Shown one piece after another: positions 1 through 9,243 of a stretch of 40,881 nt of DNA. Made by a program: the position numbers and the translations under genes. Each line of letters opens with the position of its first letter. Position 1 is the first letter of the stretch. Source of the DNA: an uncultured bacterium (GTDB lineage: Bacteria > Zixibacteria > MSB-5A5 > JAABVY01 > JAHJOQ01). The notes below the pieces were generated by a model. That model was not told the origin of the DNA. It ran no database searches and was given only the letters and a program-made list of their open reading frames with translations. The stretch spans positions 1-40,881 of the forward strand of contig CBDUQR010000026.1 of NCBI GenBank assembly GCA_965369655.1, read 5' to 3'.

Positions 1-51
1 GTTGTGTAGAGGACTCTCACCTCCAAGTTGTCAAACATGCTCGGCACACAG

Positions 52-82
52 AAAAAAGAGAGGCCTCTTTCGAGACCTCTCT
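52..82 (-). terminator. Intrinsic terminator after the cohesin-dockerin gene
   Basis: Minus strand reads AGAGAGGTCTC-GAAA-GAGGCCTCTCT followed by TTTTT, 25 nt after the stop at 108. Confidence 0.85.
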
Positions 83-107
83 GTATCATGAAGCAGTGAT
101 TCTGCTC

Positions 108-2666
108 TTACTTCATGAGGACCATCTTCTTCGAGTCTGTGTATTGACCCGCAGTGGCCTTGTAGAAGTAGATGCCCGAAGCCACACCGGCAGCATCCCA
201 GGTAACTGTCACTTCGCCGATGTCGTAACCGGAGAAGGTCCTGATCAACTGACCCGCTACGTTGTAGATATCGAGTTTCCACTCTGACTGCTCGGGAAGA
301 ACAATCGTGATATCAGTAGTCGGGTTGAACGGGTTCGGATAGTTCTGCTTCAGCGAGAACGTGCTCGGGGCAATCTTCGCCGACATGTCAACATTCATCA
401 TGTTGCCATTGTAGTCGGACACTGATACCTCGACCAGGTTCACGTTACCAGAAACAGCGATCACATCCCGCTCACCAGCGAGAATGCGATTGGTGTTGTC
501 AGACCAGACCAGCACACGAAGCTGACCGTCAACAACGTCGCTCTTGATCTTCATGCCGTCGGCAAGAAGATCCACGGTTCCTGCGCCGTCGAAGACGAAG
601 AGAGCCGCGCCAACGTCAATGTCGGATTTGACACTGACTACGTCGCCGAACACCACTTCCACGCTGTTAGCGAACGGAGTAAGTTTCGGGAACGGAAGAG
701 CGTCGCCAACGACCACACGGATGAGGTACACGAGGTCACCAACTGTCAGGACTCTACCATCGTCATTGACATCGGAGGCCGCAATCTGGCCTTCCACATT
801 GATGTCAAAGACGCTAAGTCCATAGATGAAGTAGTTGGTGAACAGCACCGCATCAGCGATCTCGTTCGGGATGAGGTTAAGGTTTATGTCACCAGGGGCG
901 TCGATCGAATCGGCACAGATGATGTCAACACCACCAGTGTAGAAATCGATGCCCGGAAGCGGGCCGATTTTAGGACCGTCACCATCAGGATCCGCATCGC
1001 AGTTGACTGCAGGAATTATGCCCTGCCAGCCGCCGATCCACGGATCACCGGTGATTTCGAATGGCGATGTGGTACCATCATAAGCGTAGACATGACGCGC
1101 GATCCAGGCGGTGTCACCCGAGACACCCGAGATGATGTTGTCACCGCAGTCGAGCCAATAGAAGCCGACCGGGATATACATGCAATCGTATGTCCTGTCA
1201 TTCGTGACATAGAACTTCAACTTAGCCAACTCGCCGGGGCCGGCTGAGCAGTCGGCATCGGGATGGTACGGGCCGTTGTTGTAATCGGCCATGCCGACGA
1301 TGCGGAGCATTCCGCTCGGGCATGAACTGCCGCAATTACCAAACGGACCGAAACGATAAGTGAAGTACTCCCATCCACAGTCAACGAGAAGATCGCCAAG
1401 CTCGGCCTCCATGAACGTCAATGCGGACGCATCGTAGTAGATCAGGAAGTCGTAACCACCGATGAAATCGGTCGTATCGGACAGGAATACCGAAAGCCAC
1501 GCGTAGTGACCCTGGTATACGCCCATGCCAGTAGGACCTTCTTCCTTCTCGACGTATACGCGGTAGGTCGGCAGAACGTTGATCACAAAGCTGGAATCAA
1601 CGTGTTCGCAGCCATCGCTTGCTCTCACGTAGAATGTCCACTTGCCTACGTAATCCGGATCTTCCATCGTCTGCCACGTCCAGGTGCCAAGAGCATCGTC
1701 CAGGATGAAACCACCCGGAAATGTGCCAGGACCGGTCACGTTTTCGAGAGTGTATGTGATATCCTGCGGACAGTCATCGGGATCCATAGCTTCCACATAA
1801 CCCGTCGCCATATCACCCCACAGCATCGTGGTAGCATCCGGGACATAAGTCCACACCGGAGGAATGGTATTCACGATCAGAGCGAAGTTGCAAAACGCTT
1901 GTGCATCGTGCTCATCAGTCACAACTATCTGATAGTTGTATGTTCCGCACATCTGGCTCACGTTGATTTCCCAGAGACCGGTGTCTTCATCGATAGCGCC
2001 ACCGGTACCTGTACCAAGTGAATAGGTCAATGTAGTTCCGCAGTCGTCGTCATCAGCATCGAAGTCATAATCCACCATTCCGTCCGCACACATGGCTTGA
2101 ACCGAAGCCGGACAGTTGGTGAAGTATGGAGCGGTATTGATGACGTCGTACGTACCGGCGATAACGGTCAGGGCTGTGTACTCAGAGTTGGCGTTAACAA
2201 ACCCGGTCGTTGCCAGGTAGCTACCAAACAGCTCTTCGTCGTCCACATCTATCGTGAACGTCCCAGTGGGTGAACCGACGGTAACATTCAACTCGGCGAG
2301 CAACATCTGTGTCCCGGTAGGGATCACATCGCAAAAGCCGACGACGTCGCATCCCCAGAATCGGAACTTGGGCGGGTAGTGCGTCGTCAGATCAGAACCA
2401 TGGTCTGTGCCACAAGCGACAAACAGTTCAATGGAGTTGATCGTGGCGATAGCGCCACCGCTTTCAGTCACCAAGTCGGCTATCAAGTCAAAGACCTTGA
2501 TCGCTTCATTGGTTGTCACATTAACAACAATAACTGCATCGCAATCATGCACGAGGCCATTATCGCTGACAAATGTGACTTCCGTCTGGGCAAAAGCGGA
2601 ACCACTAAAGACAAGAAGCATTAACGAGGCCAGCAAAGTAAGAACGCTTAGATTTTTTTGCTTCAT
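108..2666 (-). CDS. Secreted protein with cadherin-like repeats, cohesin and dockerin domains and a T9SS type A sorting domain (852 aa)
   Basis: Signal peptide (…GSAFA/Q); two NTxP..F/W cadherin-like units; cohesin-like segment (IGGYDFLIYYDASALTF…ELAKLKF); dockerin-like GDINLN…IADAV / SDVNDDG…VGDLVYL; C-terminal FSLKQNYPNPFNP…ASGIYFYK…KKMVLMK. Confidence 0.85.
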   Translation of the reverse strand: MKQKNLSVLTLLASLMLLVFSGSAFAQTEVTFVSDNGLVHDCDAVIVVNVTTNEAIKVFDLIADLVTESGGAIATINSIELFVACGTDHGSDLTTHYPPKFRFWGCDVVGFCDVIPTGTQMLLAELNVTVGSPTGTFTIDVDDEELFGSYLATTGFVNANSEYTALTVIAGTYDVINTAPYFTNCPASVQAMCADGMVDYDFDADDDDCGTTLTYSLGTGTGGAIDEDTGLWEINVSQMCGTYNYQIVVTDEHDAQAFCNFALIVNTIPPVWTYVPDATTMLWGDMATGYVEAMDPDDCPQDITYTLENVTGPGTFPGGFILDDALGTWTWQTMEDPDYVGKWTFYVRASDGCEHVDSSFVINVLPTYRVYVEKEEGPTGMGVYQGHYAWLSVFLSDTTDFIGGYDFLIYYDASALTFMEAELGDLLVDCGWEYFTYRFGPFGNCGSSCPSGMLRIVGMADYNNGPYHPDADCSAGPGELAKLKFYVTNDRTYDCMYIPVGFYWLDCGDNIISGVSGDTAWIARHVYAYDGTTSPFEITGDPWIGGWQGIIPAVNCDADPDGDGPKIGPLPGIDFYTGGVDIICADSIDAPGDINLNLIPNEIADAVLFTNYFIYGLSVFDINVEGQIAASDVNDDGRVLTVGDLVYLIRVVVGDALPFPKLTPFANSVEVVFGDVVSVKSDIDVGAALFVFDGAGTVDLLADGMKIKSDVVDGQLRVLVWSDNTNRILAGERDVIAVSGNVNLVEVSVSDYNGNMMNVDMSAKIAPSTFSLKQNYPNPFNPTTDITIVLPEQSEWKLDIYNVAGQLIRTFSGYDIGEVTVTWDAAGVASGIYFYKATAGQYTDSKKMVLMK

Positions 2667-2933
2667 TACTATGCTCCTTCGAATTTTAGTTAAGGTCTGT
2701 TAAGTTTCATTTCATGAAATCTTAACTTTCTAACTCTCCCCCTCAATTCGCGTCATAAGACGCATCCAAATTCCTACACGACACAAAACAGTAGGTACGC
2801 CAAGTTCTGTCCTATCTCGTTATGTAGGTAAATTTTCGGGGCAGCTTATCAAAACACGAAGTTCTAATAAACTTGCTTCTTGAGCAGATATTTCAGTACA
2901 GAAGAAAACGAATACAATTCCCTAGACGACAGC

Positions 2934-2961
2934 AAGATATATATTCCGTCACGGATGTCAA
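2934..2961 (-). promoter_or_regulatory. Candidate sigma70 promoter for the cohesin-dockerin gene
   Basis: TTGACA (2961-2956), 16 bp, TATCTT (2939-2934); implies a leader of about 260 nt. Confidence 0.4.
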
Positions 2962-3019
2962 GAGAAAAATGAAGTGTTTTTGGAAAAAAGCGCAATTCCC
3001 GGGAACAAACGATCAGGTC

Positions 3020-3051
3020 AAAGAAATGCGGCCCGGGTCAACCGAGCCGCA
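3020..3051 (-). terminator. Intrinsic terminator after the YceI gene
   Basis: Minus strand TGCGGCTCGG-TTGAC-CCGGGCCGCA followed by TTTCTTT. Confidence 0.7.
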
Positions 3052-3079
3052 CAGAAATCTAATTCGATATGATTTTTCC

Positions 3080-3829
3080 TCAGTTGCCGGATGATTCGAC
3101 CGGTTCCCCCGGCTCTCCCTCAAAAACCACAGGCTCTTCTATAGATAGAGTCCTGTCTATCGGCTCAACGCCTGTTCCGCCGAACGCCTCGACCTCTATG
3201 TGGATCCTATCATCGAGCATCAGGATAGCTTCCTCAGGGATCACAATCCCGAAATCCGACATTCGTATGTCAAAGCTGACCTTCATCTTCAGGAGATCGC
3301 CCGGAAGACGTCTCTCTGTCACGTCGTTGGTCTCAAAATAAGTGACTTTCACGGCGCAATTGACTGTGTCGAGCGCTCCGTGCAGCGAGAATTCACCCCT
3401 CGCCGTCATCTCCGCAGTCCCCTCGTTGCTGAGGATCTCGATGTCTGTCTTCTTGAATTTCAACAACTTAAAGCTTGCGTCGGGAAAGCTGTCAGTCATA
3501 AGATAGACGTCTGATAGCATTTCCAGATCGCGACTCTCAATCCCTGTGCTCAGGGACTTCAGATCAAACTCGAAGTGTGCCTGCGGGTTGTCCGACAGCG
3601 AGTCAAGGTTAAGTTCCACAAAGCCATACAGCGCCGAACCGACTCCCAGCACTGTTTCGAGCGGAGCCACAGACTTGAAAGTGACAATATTGCGGCCATC
3701 AGCGTCATCGAAAACGAATTTGCTGATTCGCACCTGAACACTGTCGGCGAGACTGTCGGTCTCCTGAGCAAGACCCGTGGCAGCGTAAGCCACGAAAAGA
3801 AGCAAGGTTATCGCCAAAACCCGTCTCAT
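3080..3829 (-). CDS. YceI-family (polyisoprenoid/lipid-binding) periplasmic protein
   Basis: VTFKSVAPLE, DLKSLSTGIESRD, GEFSLHG and FDIRMSDFGI match YceI motifs. Start moved to ATG 3829 (GGAGG upstream, signal peptide MRRVLAITLLL…). Confidence 0.85.
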   Translation of the reverse strand: MRRVLAITLLLFVAYAATGLAQETDSLADSVQVRISKFVFDDADGRNIVTFKSVAPLETVLGVGSALYGFVELNLDSLSDNPQAHFEFDLKSLSTGIESRDLEMLSDVYLMTDSFPDASFKLLKFKKTDIEILSNEGTAEMTARGEFSLHGALDTVNCAVKVTYFETNDVTERRLPGDLLKMKVSFDIRMSDFGIVIPEEAILMLDDRIHIEVEAFGGTGVEPIDRTLSIEEPVVFEGEPGEPVESSGN

Positions 3830-4321
3830 TTTCCATCCTCCCTGTATGTCATACAAAAACACAACATTTCAACGGTCAGAGCTTGAATTCACAAGGGATA
3901 TAATCAAACACTTACGCCTCTCCAATGCAAGCGAAATTATTCCATTGTTTGCGACGTACACTAATAGAGATGGGTCAGCGAGACCACGCCGAACTGACTT
4001 TTAGATATATAGACGCTCACGCATATAACAGTCTCGCTCTGATCTACAAGATATATCCTAATATAATGCGGCCTGTACGACCGAAAGAAGCCTCTTGTGC
4101 CCAATCTTAGTCCCAAGGGGCTACACAGAAGATTATATATAGCACATCATGCATATTCACTCGTCCAGAAATTATCACTGAACATCAAATTGGGAAACGC
4201 CTGATGGAACAAACGCCTGTCCAGAATCAGCAGTGTTACATAACTCATTGCAATTTGGTATGTATCGATGTGTGTGACATGCGGGAGCGCAGAAGTTATA
4301 TTGATGACTGCGTATATATTG

Positions 4322-5287
4322 TCAGTGTTCGCCTAACATAGCCGCGCCGACGAAACCGGCCTGGTTACCCAATTGCGCCTTCGCCACTCTGAATAGCTTT
4401 GAGCTGGGGCCAATGGCCCTTTCCCGCAAAGCCGATTCGATCTCCGCGATATACGGTTTACCGCCCGCGTCGGGAAGCCCACCGCCGATGACCACAAGCT
4501 GGGGGTCGATAATTGCCATGACCGAGGCGAGACCAGTCGCGAGGTAATTGACACAGTAACTGACCGCTCGCCTGGCCGCAGAATCGGAGTTTTCGTACGC
4601 TGCTGCGAATATGTCCCCGACCGTCAGTCGGCTTCCCGAATCGAGCTTTTTTCTGAGAGATGATTCGTCGGATTCGGACGTAGCAAACTCGGTCGCCAGA
4701 GAGATCAGCTTTGCAGCCGAAGCGTATCGCTCCATGCAGCCGGACCTGCCACAGTTACATTTCTCGCCACCCTCCACGACCGTCACGTGGCCGATTTCGC
4801 CGGCGGCGCCGTATGCGCCCCGGTAGAGACGACCATCCAGGATCAACCCGCCCCCGACTCCGGTGCCGACCGTAACCGCCAGAACATCGGTGAATCCTTT
4901 GGCCGCCCCGAAAAGGTGCTCGGCGAGAGCCACGGCATTGGCGTCGTTATCCATGTAAACGGAAATGCCGAGTTCGGTCTCAAGGAATTCCTTCGGATTC
5001 ACCCGGTCCCACCCTGGGATATTCGGAGATACTCCGACAACCTTGCCGGTGTCGCGATCGACCGTGCCGGGAGTCCCCAGCCCAATATAATCGAAACCCG
5101 CGTTCATTTTCTCGGCTTCCGATGTCAACTCACTGGCACAATCGACAAGCCGCCCGAGGAGCGACTCAGGACCTTCGTCTGTCCTCGCTTCTGTGACACG
5201 AGCGCTCACTATCGACCCGTCAACGCGGCAGAGGCCGTATTTTATCAGAGTCCCGCCAAGGTCCATCCCGGCATATATTTTTTCCAT
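4322..5287 (-). CDS. ROK-family sugar kinase (glucokinase-like)
   Basis: GMDLGGT, DNDANAVALAE, VGTGVGGG, AGEIGH and CNCGRSGCME motifs. Confidence 0.92.
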   Translation of the reverse strand: MEKIYAGMDLGGTLIKYGLCRVDGSIVSARVTEARTDEGPESLLGRLVDCASELTSEAEKMNAGFDYIGLGTPGTVDRDTGKVVGVSPNIPGWDRVNPKEFLETELGISVYMDNDANAVALAEHLFGAAKGFTDVLAVTVGTGVGGGLILDGRLYRGAYGAAGEIGHVTVVEGGEKCNCGRSGCMERYASAAKLISLATEFATSESDESSLRKKLDSGSRLTVGDIFAAAYENSDSAARRAVSYCVNYLATGLASVMAIIDPQLVVIGGGLPDAGGKPYIAEIESALRERAIGPSSKLFRVAKAQLGNQAGFVGAAMLGEH

Positions 5288-5395
5288 GATTTACTCCAGT
5301 TCTTTCAAATCGGGCAAAACAATAACGCCAGGGGGCTCTCCGATGTCAATCCGAAAGACCGGCGATCAGAGTGACGTTGAACAAAAAACTTGCAA

Positions 5396-5414
5396 AAGAC
5401 TCCTGATGAGTCTT
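5396..5414. promoter_or_regulatory. Palindrome, candidate ArsR operator
   Basis: AAGACTC-CTGAT-GAGTCTT inverted repeat directly after TTGCAA in the divergent ROK/ArsR intergenic region. Confidence 0.3.
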
Positions 5415-5477
5415 CATTCTGAGAGTGCCCTGGCGACAGGCGCAGAGTATCACTGGTAGAAGATCGCCGATCGAGAT

Positions 5478-5762
5478 ATGGACTCAGATAAACTCGCAGA
5501 CATATTCAAAGCTCTATCGGATTCCACGCGGATGAGAATTCTGCAAATGCTCGATAAACGCTCACGATCCGTGAACGAGATTGTCGATTTCTTCGCGCTG
5601 ACGCAGCCGACGATTTCCCGCCACCTCAAAGTGCTCAGGGAGGCCGGGCTGGTGAAAGTGGACCGGAACGGGCAGAAGATGATCTATTCGCTAAATGCCG
5701 ACGGCCTCAGAGAGGTGGCGTCAGGTTATTTACGCAGTTTTCGCTGTCTGTCACGGAAGTAG
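5478..5762 (+). CDS. ArsR/SmtB-family transcriptional regulator
   Basis: FKALSDSTRMRIL…QPTISRHLKVLREAGLV winged-HTH signature. Confidence 0.93.
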   Translation: MDSDKLADIFKALSDSTRMRILQMLDKRSRSVNEIVDFFALTQPTISRHLKVLREAGLVKVDRNGQKMIYSLNADGLREVASGYLRSFRCLSRK

Positions 5763-5774
5763 CCGGGAAATAGT

Positions 5775-6644
5775 GTGAGAAGCACCATACATATTGTTGC
5801 GATGTTGTTGGCTCTGTCCCTGCCGCACGTGGTCATGGCATACGACGGGCCACTCGTTGTGGATGATGCGAACCTGCTCGACGGGCGACAGATGCTCGAA
5901 CTGGATTATGCCGTGCGCGACGTCAACAGGCAGCAGGATATCATCATGGTGATCCTGTCGGTAGAGTCGCTGGATGGACAGAATGTCTCCTCATACGCAC
6001 GGGCTGTCGTGCAGGTGTGGGGAATAGGAGAGGACGACCGGGCCAACGGCCTGCTGCTGCTGATTGCCGAAGATCAGATGCTGGTGCACTTTGAAGCAGG
6101 AAAAGACATCAGCGAATCGCTGCCACCTGAACTTCTCGACAGAATCAAGAACGAAATACTGGAGCCTGCGCTAAGAGACAAGCGGTACGTCGAAGGACTT
6201 ACCCGTGCGGTAGCCGCGCTCACTCAGCCATGGCAGGAACCGACCGATTACTCGCTTCTTCTCTGGATCATGCCCGCATTCATCGTGGCTGCGTTTATCT
6301 GCGCCAACACACTCAACAGAAAACTACGGCGGTGCCCACACTGCGGGCATAAGGTACGGCCTTCGGTGATTCGCTGCCCAGGTTGCCTTGGCGAGATACG
6401 ATCCGGCCCGAGCGATCCGTGCCCATGTGGATCGAAGAAAACGTACGCGGACTGCTGTCTCGATCTGCACCTCGATGGGCGCGAATCGTTCCAAATTCAG
6501 TTCCTGAGATTCCTCGACATCCGCTACCTGTTGGCGATGTCGACCCGGTTCGGCGGATTCACATCGGGAGGCGCGGGAGAGCTGCCGAGGGAATCTGACG
6601 GACCTCAGCGGTTCGATATTTCAAAGTCGGTCGGGGGGTGGTGA
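5775..6644 (+). CDS. TPM-domain (YgcG-like) membrane protein with zinc ribbon and SEC-C motif
   Basis: Signal peptide; VVDDANLL…WGIG…NGLLLLIA TPM domain; one TM helix; CPHC…CPGC; DPCPCGSKKTYADCC; Gly-rich tail ending GGW. Confidence 0.8.
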   Translation: MRSTIHIVAMLLALSLPHVVMAYDGPLVVDDANLLDGRQMLELDYAVRDVNRQQDIIMVILSVESLDGQNVSSYARAVVQVWGIGEDDRANGLLLLIAEDQMLVHFEAGKDISESLPPELLDRIKNEILEPALRDKRYVEGLTRAVAALTQPWQEPTDYSLLLWIMPAFIVAAFICANTLNRKLRRCPHCGHKVRPSVIRCPGCLGEIRSGPSDPCPCGSKKTYADCCLDLHLDGRESFQIQFLRFLDIRYLLAMSTRFGGFTSGGAGELPRESDGPQRFDISKSVGGW

Positions 6645-7034
6645 TTGGAACAACTTTTCACGCGCAATGATCTGACAGATATAGCCGGAATCGTGAAGCA
6701 CTTCGAGCAGCAGACCAGTTGTGAACTCGTGGTGCGAATAACCCACGACCGCGTCATTTCAGACGATGCCGCTCAGATCGAGTTCATGCGCTTCGGTCTG
6801 AACCGACATGACGGACAACTCGGACTGCTTCTCTATGTCAATCTGTTCCAGCGCAAATTCGTGATCCTTTCCGGGCACAGTATTGCCGACAAACTCGGTG
6901 GGAGCTGGGCTGATAAGCACGCTGAGATGTTAAGCGACAGATTCAGGAAATACCAGTTCGGATTCGGCCTGCATGACATAGTCTCGCGCATGGCAAACGA
7001 ACTCAAGGTACACTTTCCTCCCCGACGACACTGA
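6645..7034 (+). CDS. Second TPM-domain protein (DUF477-like)
   Basis: FEQQTSCELVV…GLLLYVNLFQRKFVIL…HFP resembles the short TPM partner of lemA-TPM operons; abuts the upstream stop. Confidence 0.7.
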   Translation: MEQLFTRNDLTDIAGIVKHFEQQTSCELVVRITHDRVISDDAAQIEFMRFGLNRHDGQLGLLLYVNLFQRKFVILSGHSIADKLGGSWADKHAEMLSDRFRKYQFGFGLHDIVSRMANELKVHFPPRRH

Positions 7035-7283
7035 TAAGATAGTTTCGACAGGTCTTGACGACGACAGAGTCGTCGGTGTGACCTGTCGATCTTCTGAAAA
7101 CTGTTGCCTGACATTGTTTCCATTTTTCCGTCAGTTCACACGTCCGCTTTCTGCGGACGCAAGAACTGACGGAACAGGTAACGATACCGTCGGGTGGCAT
7201 GCACAAACTTGTTTGGGCATGAATATCAACACGCCCAAACGGACTTGAGCGTGCCACCCGCCGATGATTTCGCGATAAATCGC

Positions 7284-7317
7284 AAAAGAAATCACCGGAC
7301 AGTCGCCCGGCGATTCC
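7284..7317 (-). terminator. Intrinsic terminator after the amrS-hypothetical unit
   Basis: Minus strand GAATCGCCGGGC-GACT-GTCCGGTGATTT then CTTTT. Confidence 0.6.
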
Positions 7318-7345
7318 ATCCCTGCTATGTATCAAAACTCTCACA

Positions 7346-7561
7346 TCATACGAGTGATTCTATCACATAGACCTCGGTCGCGTGCTGGCCTTCTCCGTAA
7401 CCGTTTTCCTTCTCCTCGATCACAAGCGCCATCGGCTTCTCCTCGGTCCTGATCGTCATAAAGAGACCGTTGCGCCCTCTTAATTCAAACGCGCTTTCCA
7501 CTGTGCCCCCGATGATTTTTCTCAGATCCTCTTTCAACGTCTCGGTCATTTCTGCCTCCAT
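7346..7561 (-). CDS. Small hypothetical protein
   Basis: Starts 19 nt after the amrS stop, has protein-like composition and is followed by a terminator; the start may be the second Met (GGAGG upstream). Confidence 0.6.
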   Translation of the reverse strand: MEAEMTETLKEDLRKIIGGTVESAFELRGRNGLFMTIRTEEKPMALVIEEKENGYGEGQHATEVYVIESLV

Positions 7562-7580
7562 TCCGATAGGAAAAGTTACA

Positions 7581-8570
7581 TCATGTTACGACAGGCACAA
7601 TCGCTTTGCACCTGCCGCATTTATTATCTTCGAGTCCGACTATACGAACGTCATAGAATGACCTGGAAATCAGCGTGTGACCGCACTGAGGGCAGACTGT
7701 GTCAGACGCGCCCTCGATTTCAGCATTGCCAACATAAACATAATCGAGCCACTCCCGCGCCAGATCGTATGCGTGTTTCAGGCTCTTCATCGGCGTCGCT
7801 TCGATATTCATCTCGTGATGCGGGAAGTACCGCGATATGTGAAACGGGATTCTCCGGTCAAGCCCTGAAATCCACGAGACCAGATCACGGATATCGTCAT
7901 CGGAATCATTGAGCCCGGGTATCAGCAGATTCGTCAACTCGACATGGATACCGGCTTCGACGCACGCAGTCACTGTGTTCTTCACCGTATCGAGATTGCC
8001 CTTGCAGATTCTCCTGTAGAACTCCGGCCTGATCGATTTTACATCGACGTTCACAGCATCGATGAAGGGCAGAAGCTCCCCGAGCGGTTCGGCATTGATG
8101 TACCCGTTTGTCACACAGACATTGTAGAGATCGTTATCGTGCGCCACCTGCGCGGCGTCGAGCAAGTATTCGAACCAGATGAACGGTTCGGTATATGTAT
8201 AGGCGATACCGGGGCAGTTGCGGGCGATCGAGACTTCCGCAAGCTGGTCGGGAGCAATGTACGAGGTCGGCTGCTTAGTCTGTGAGATCGTCCAGTTCTG
8301 GCAATTCTTGCATGAGAGATTGCAGCCGTTTGGGCCGACAGAGAGAATCGGGTCTCCCGGATGAAAATGATACAGCGGTTTTTTCTCGATCGGGTCGATA
8401 TTCACAGAGACTGTCTCGCCATAATTCGTGGCGACCATCCTGCCGGAGACGTTCTTCCTGCCCATGCAGACGCCTTCTTTCCCGTCGTCCAGCTTGCAGC
8501 GCACAGGACAGATAAGGCATCTGACCTTTCCGTTATCGAGAGTCTCCCAATGCTTTGCTTCGTGATCCAT
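7581..8570 (-). CDS. amrS: AmmeMemoRadiSam system radical SAM enzyme
   Basis: CLICPVRC…C; IDPIEKKPLYHFHPG; GCNLSCKNCQNWTISQ radical SAM motif; C-terminal CPQC…CGRC. Start placed at MDHEAKHW. Confidence 0.92.
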   Translation of the reverse strand: MDHEAKHWETLDNGKVRCLICPVRCKLDDGKEGVCMGRKNVSGRMVATNYGETVSVNIDPIEKKPLYHFHPGDPILSVGPNGCNLSCKNCQNWTISQTKQPTSYIAPDQLAEVSIARNCPGIAYTYTEPFIWFEYLLDAAQVAHDNDLYNVCVTNGYINAEPLGELLPFIDAVNVDVKSIRPEFYRRICKGNLDTVKNTVTACVEAGIHVELTNLLIPGLNDSDDDIRDLVSWISGLDRRIPFHISRYFPHHEMNIEATPMKSLKHAYDLAREWLDYVYVGNAEIEGASDTVCPQCGHTLISRSFYDVRIVGLEDNKCGRCKAIVPVVT

Positions 8571-8658
8571 ATTCTGCGAGTAATCCGATGAGTACCCTTG
8601 CAATGATCTATTGTCAAGCTGATTCTATAAGAGGAACCAGAAAGGATTTCAACAAAAA

Positions 8659-9243
8659 TTACAGGCGGGGTTTATTTTTCTCGATCCATCGGGCTGCACC
8701 GAGGACATTCTCAGCCACGAAATCGGGAGTAGTCTCGCCCTGTTTGATGCTGTTCATTGCCGATTCACCGTAGCCGGTCAGAACCAAAATGCCCCTGCCA
8801 CCGAGATTCCGGCAGAGCTGAACATCGGAGAGTCTGTCTCCGATAGAAACAGAGTTCTCAAAGTCGACCGATATGAATTGCTCCAGCATCCTGATCATGC
8901 CGGACCCGGGTTTGCGACAATCGCACTCGATACGATACTGCTCAACTTCGGCTTCGGGATGGTGCGGGCAGTAGAAGAAGAAATCGGGCCTCGCGCCCAG
9001 TTCCTCGAACCTGTGAAACACTTCCTCGTTGATCTGAAGCATCCGCTGTTCGCTCATCAGTCCTCTTGCCACTCCAGACTGATTTGAGACGACGGCGACG
9101 AGATACCCAAGATTCCAGAGCAACTTTATCGCATTGGGCGCGCAGTCGATCAACTCAATGTCGCGCTCATCGGTCAGGAAATCCTTCTCCTCAACCAGAG
9201 TTCCATCCCGATCGACGAACGCTACTTTCTGCTTCTCAGCCAT
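8659..9243 (-). CDS. gmhB: D-glycero-D-manno-heptose 1,7-bisphosphate phosphatase (HAD)
   Basis: FVDRDGT, SNQSGVARG, CPHHP…CDCRKP and IGDRLSD motifs. Confidence 0.9.
   Translation of the reverse strand: MAEKQKVAFVDRDGTLVEEKDFLTDERDIELIDCAPNAIKLLWNLGYLVAVVSNQSGVARGLMSEQRMLQINEEVFHRFEELGARPDFFFYCPHHPEAEVEQYRIECDCRKPGSGMIRMLEQFISVDFENSVSIGDRLSDVQLCRNLGGRGILVLTGYGESAMNSIKQGETTPDFVAENVLGAARWIEKNKPRL

Noticed and set aside
3863-4321. AT-rich spacer with a 61-aa ORF and a doubled AAACGCCTG
   Set aside because: No RBS or motif and no convincing RNA structure; the 9-bp repeat could be chance.
7003-7344. Minus-strand ORFs 7003-7344 and 7131-7319
   Set aside because: They overlap a terminator hairpin and show no family features.
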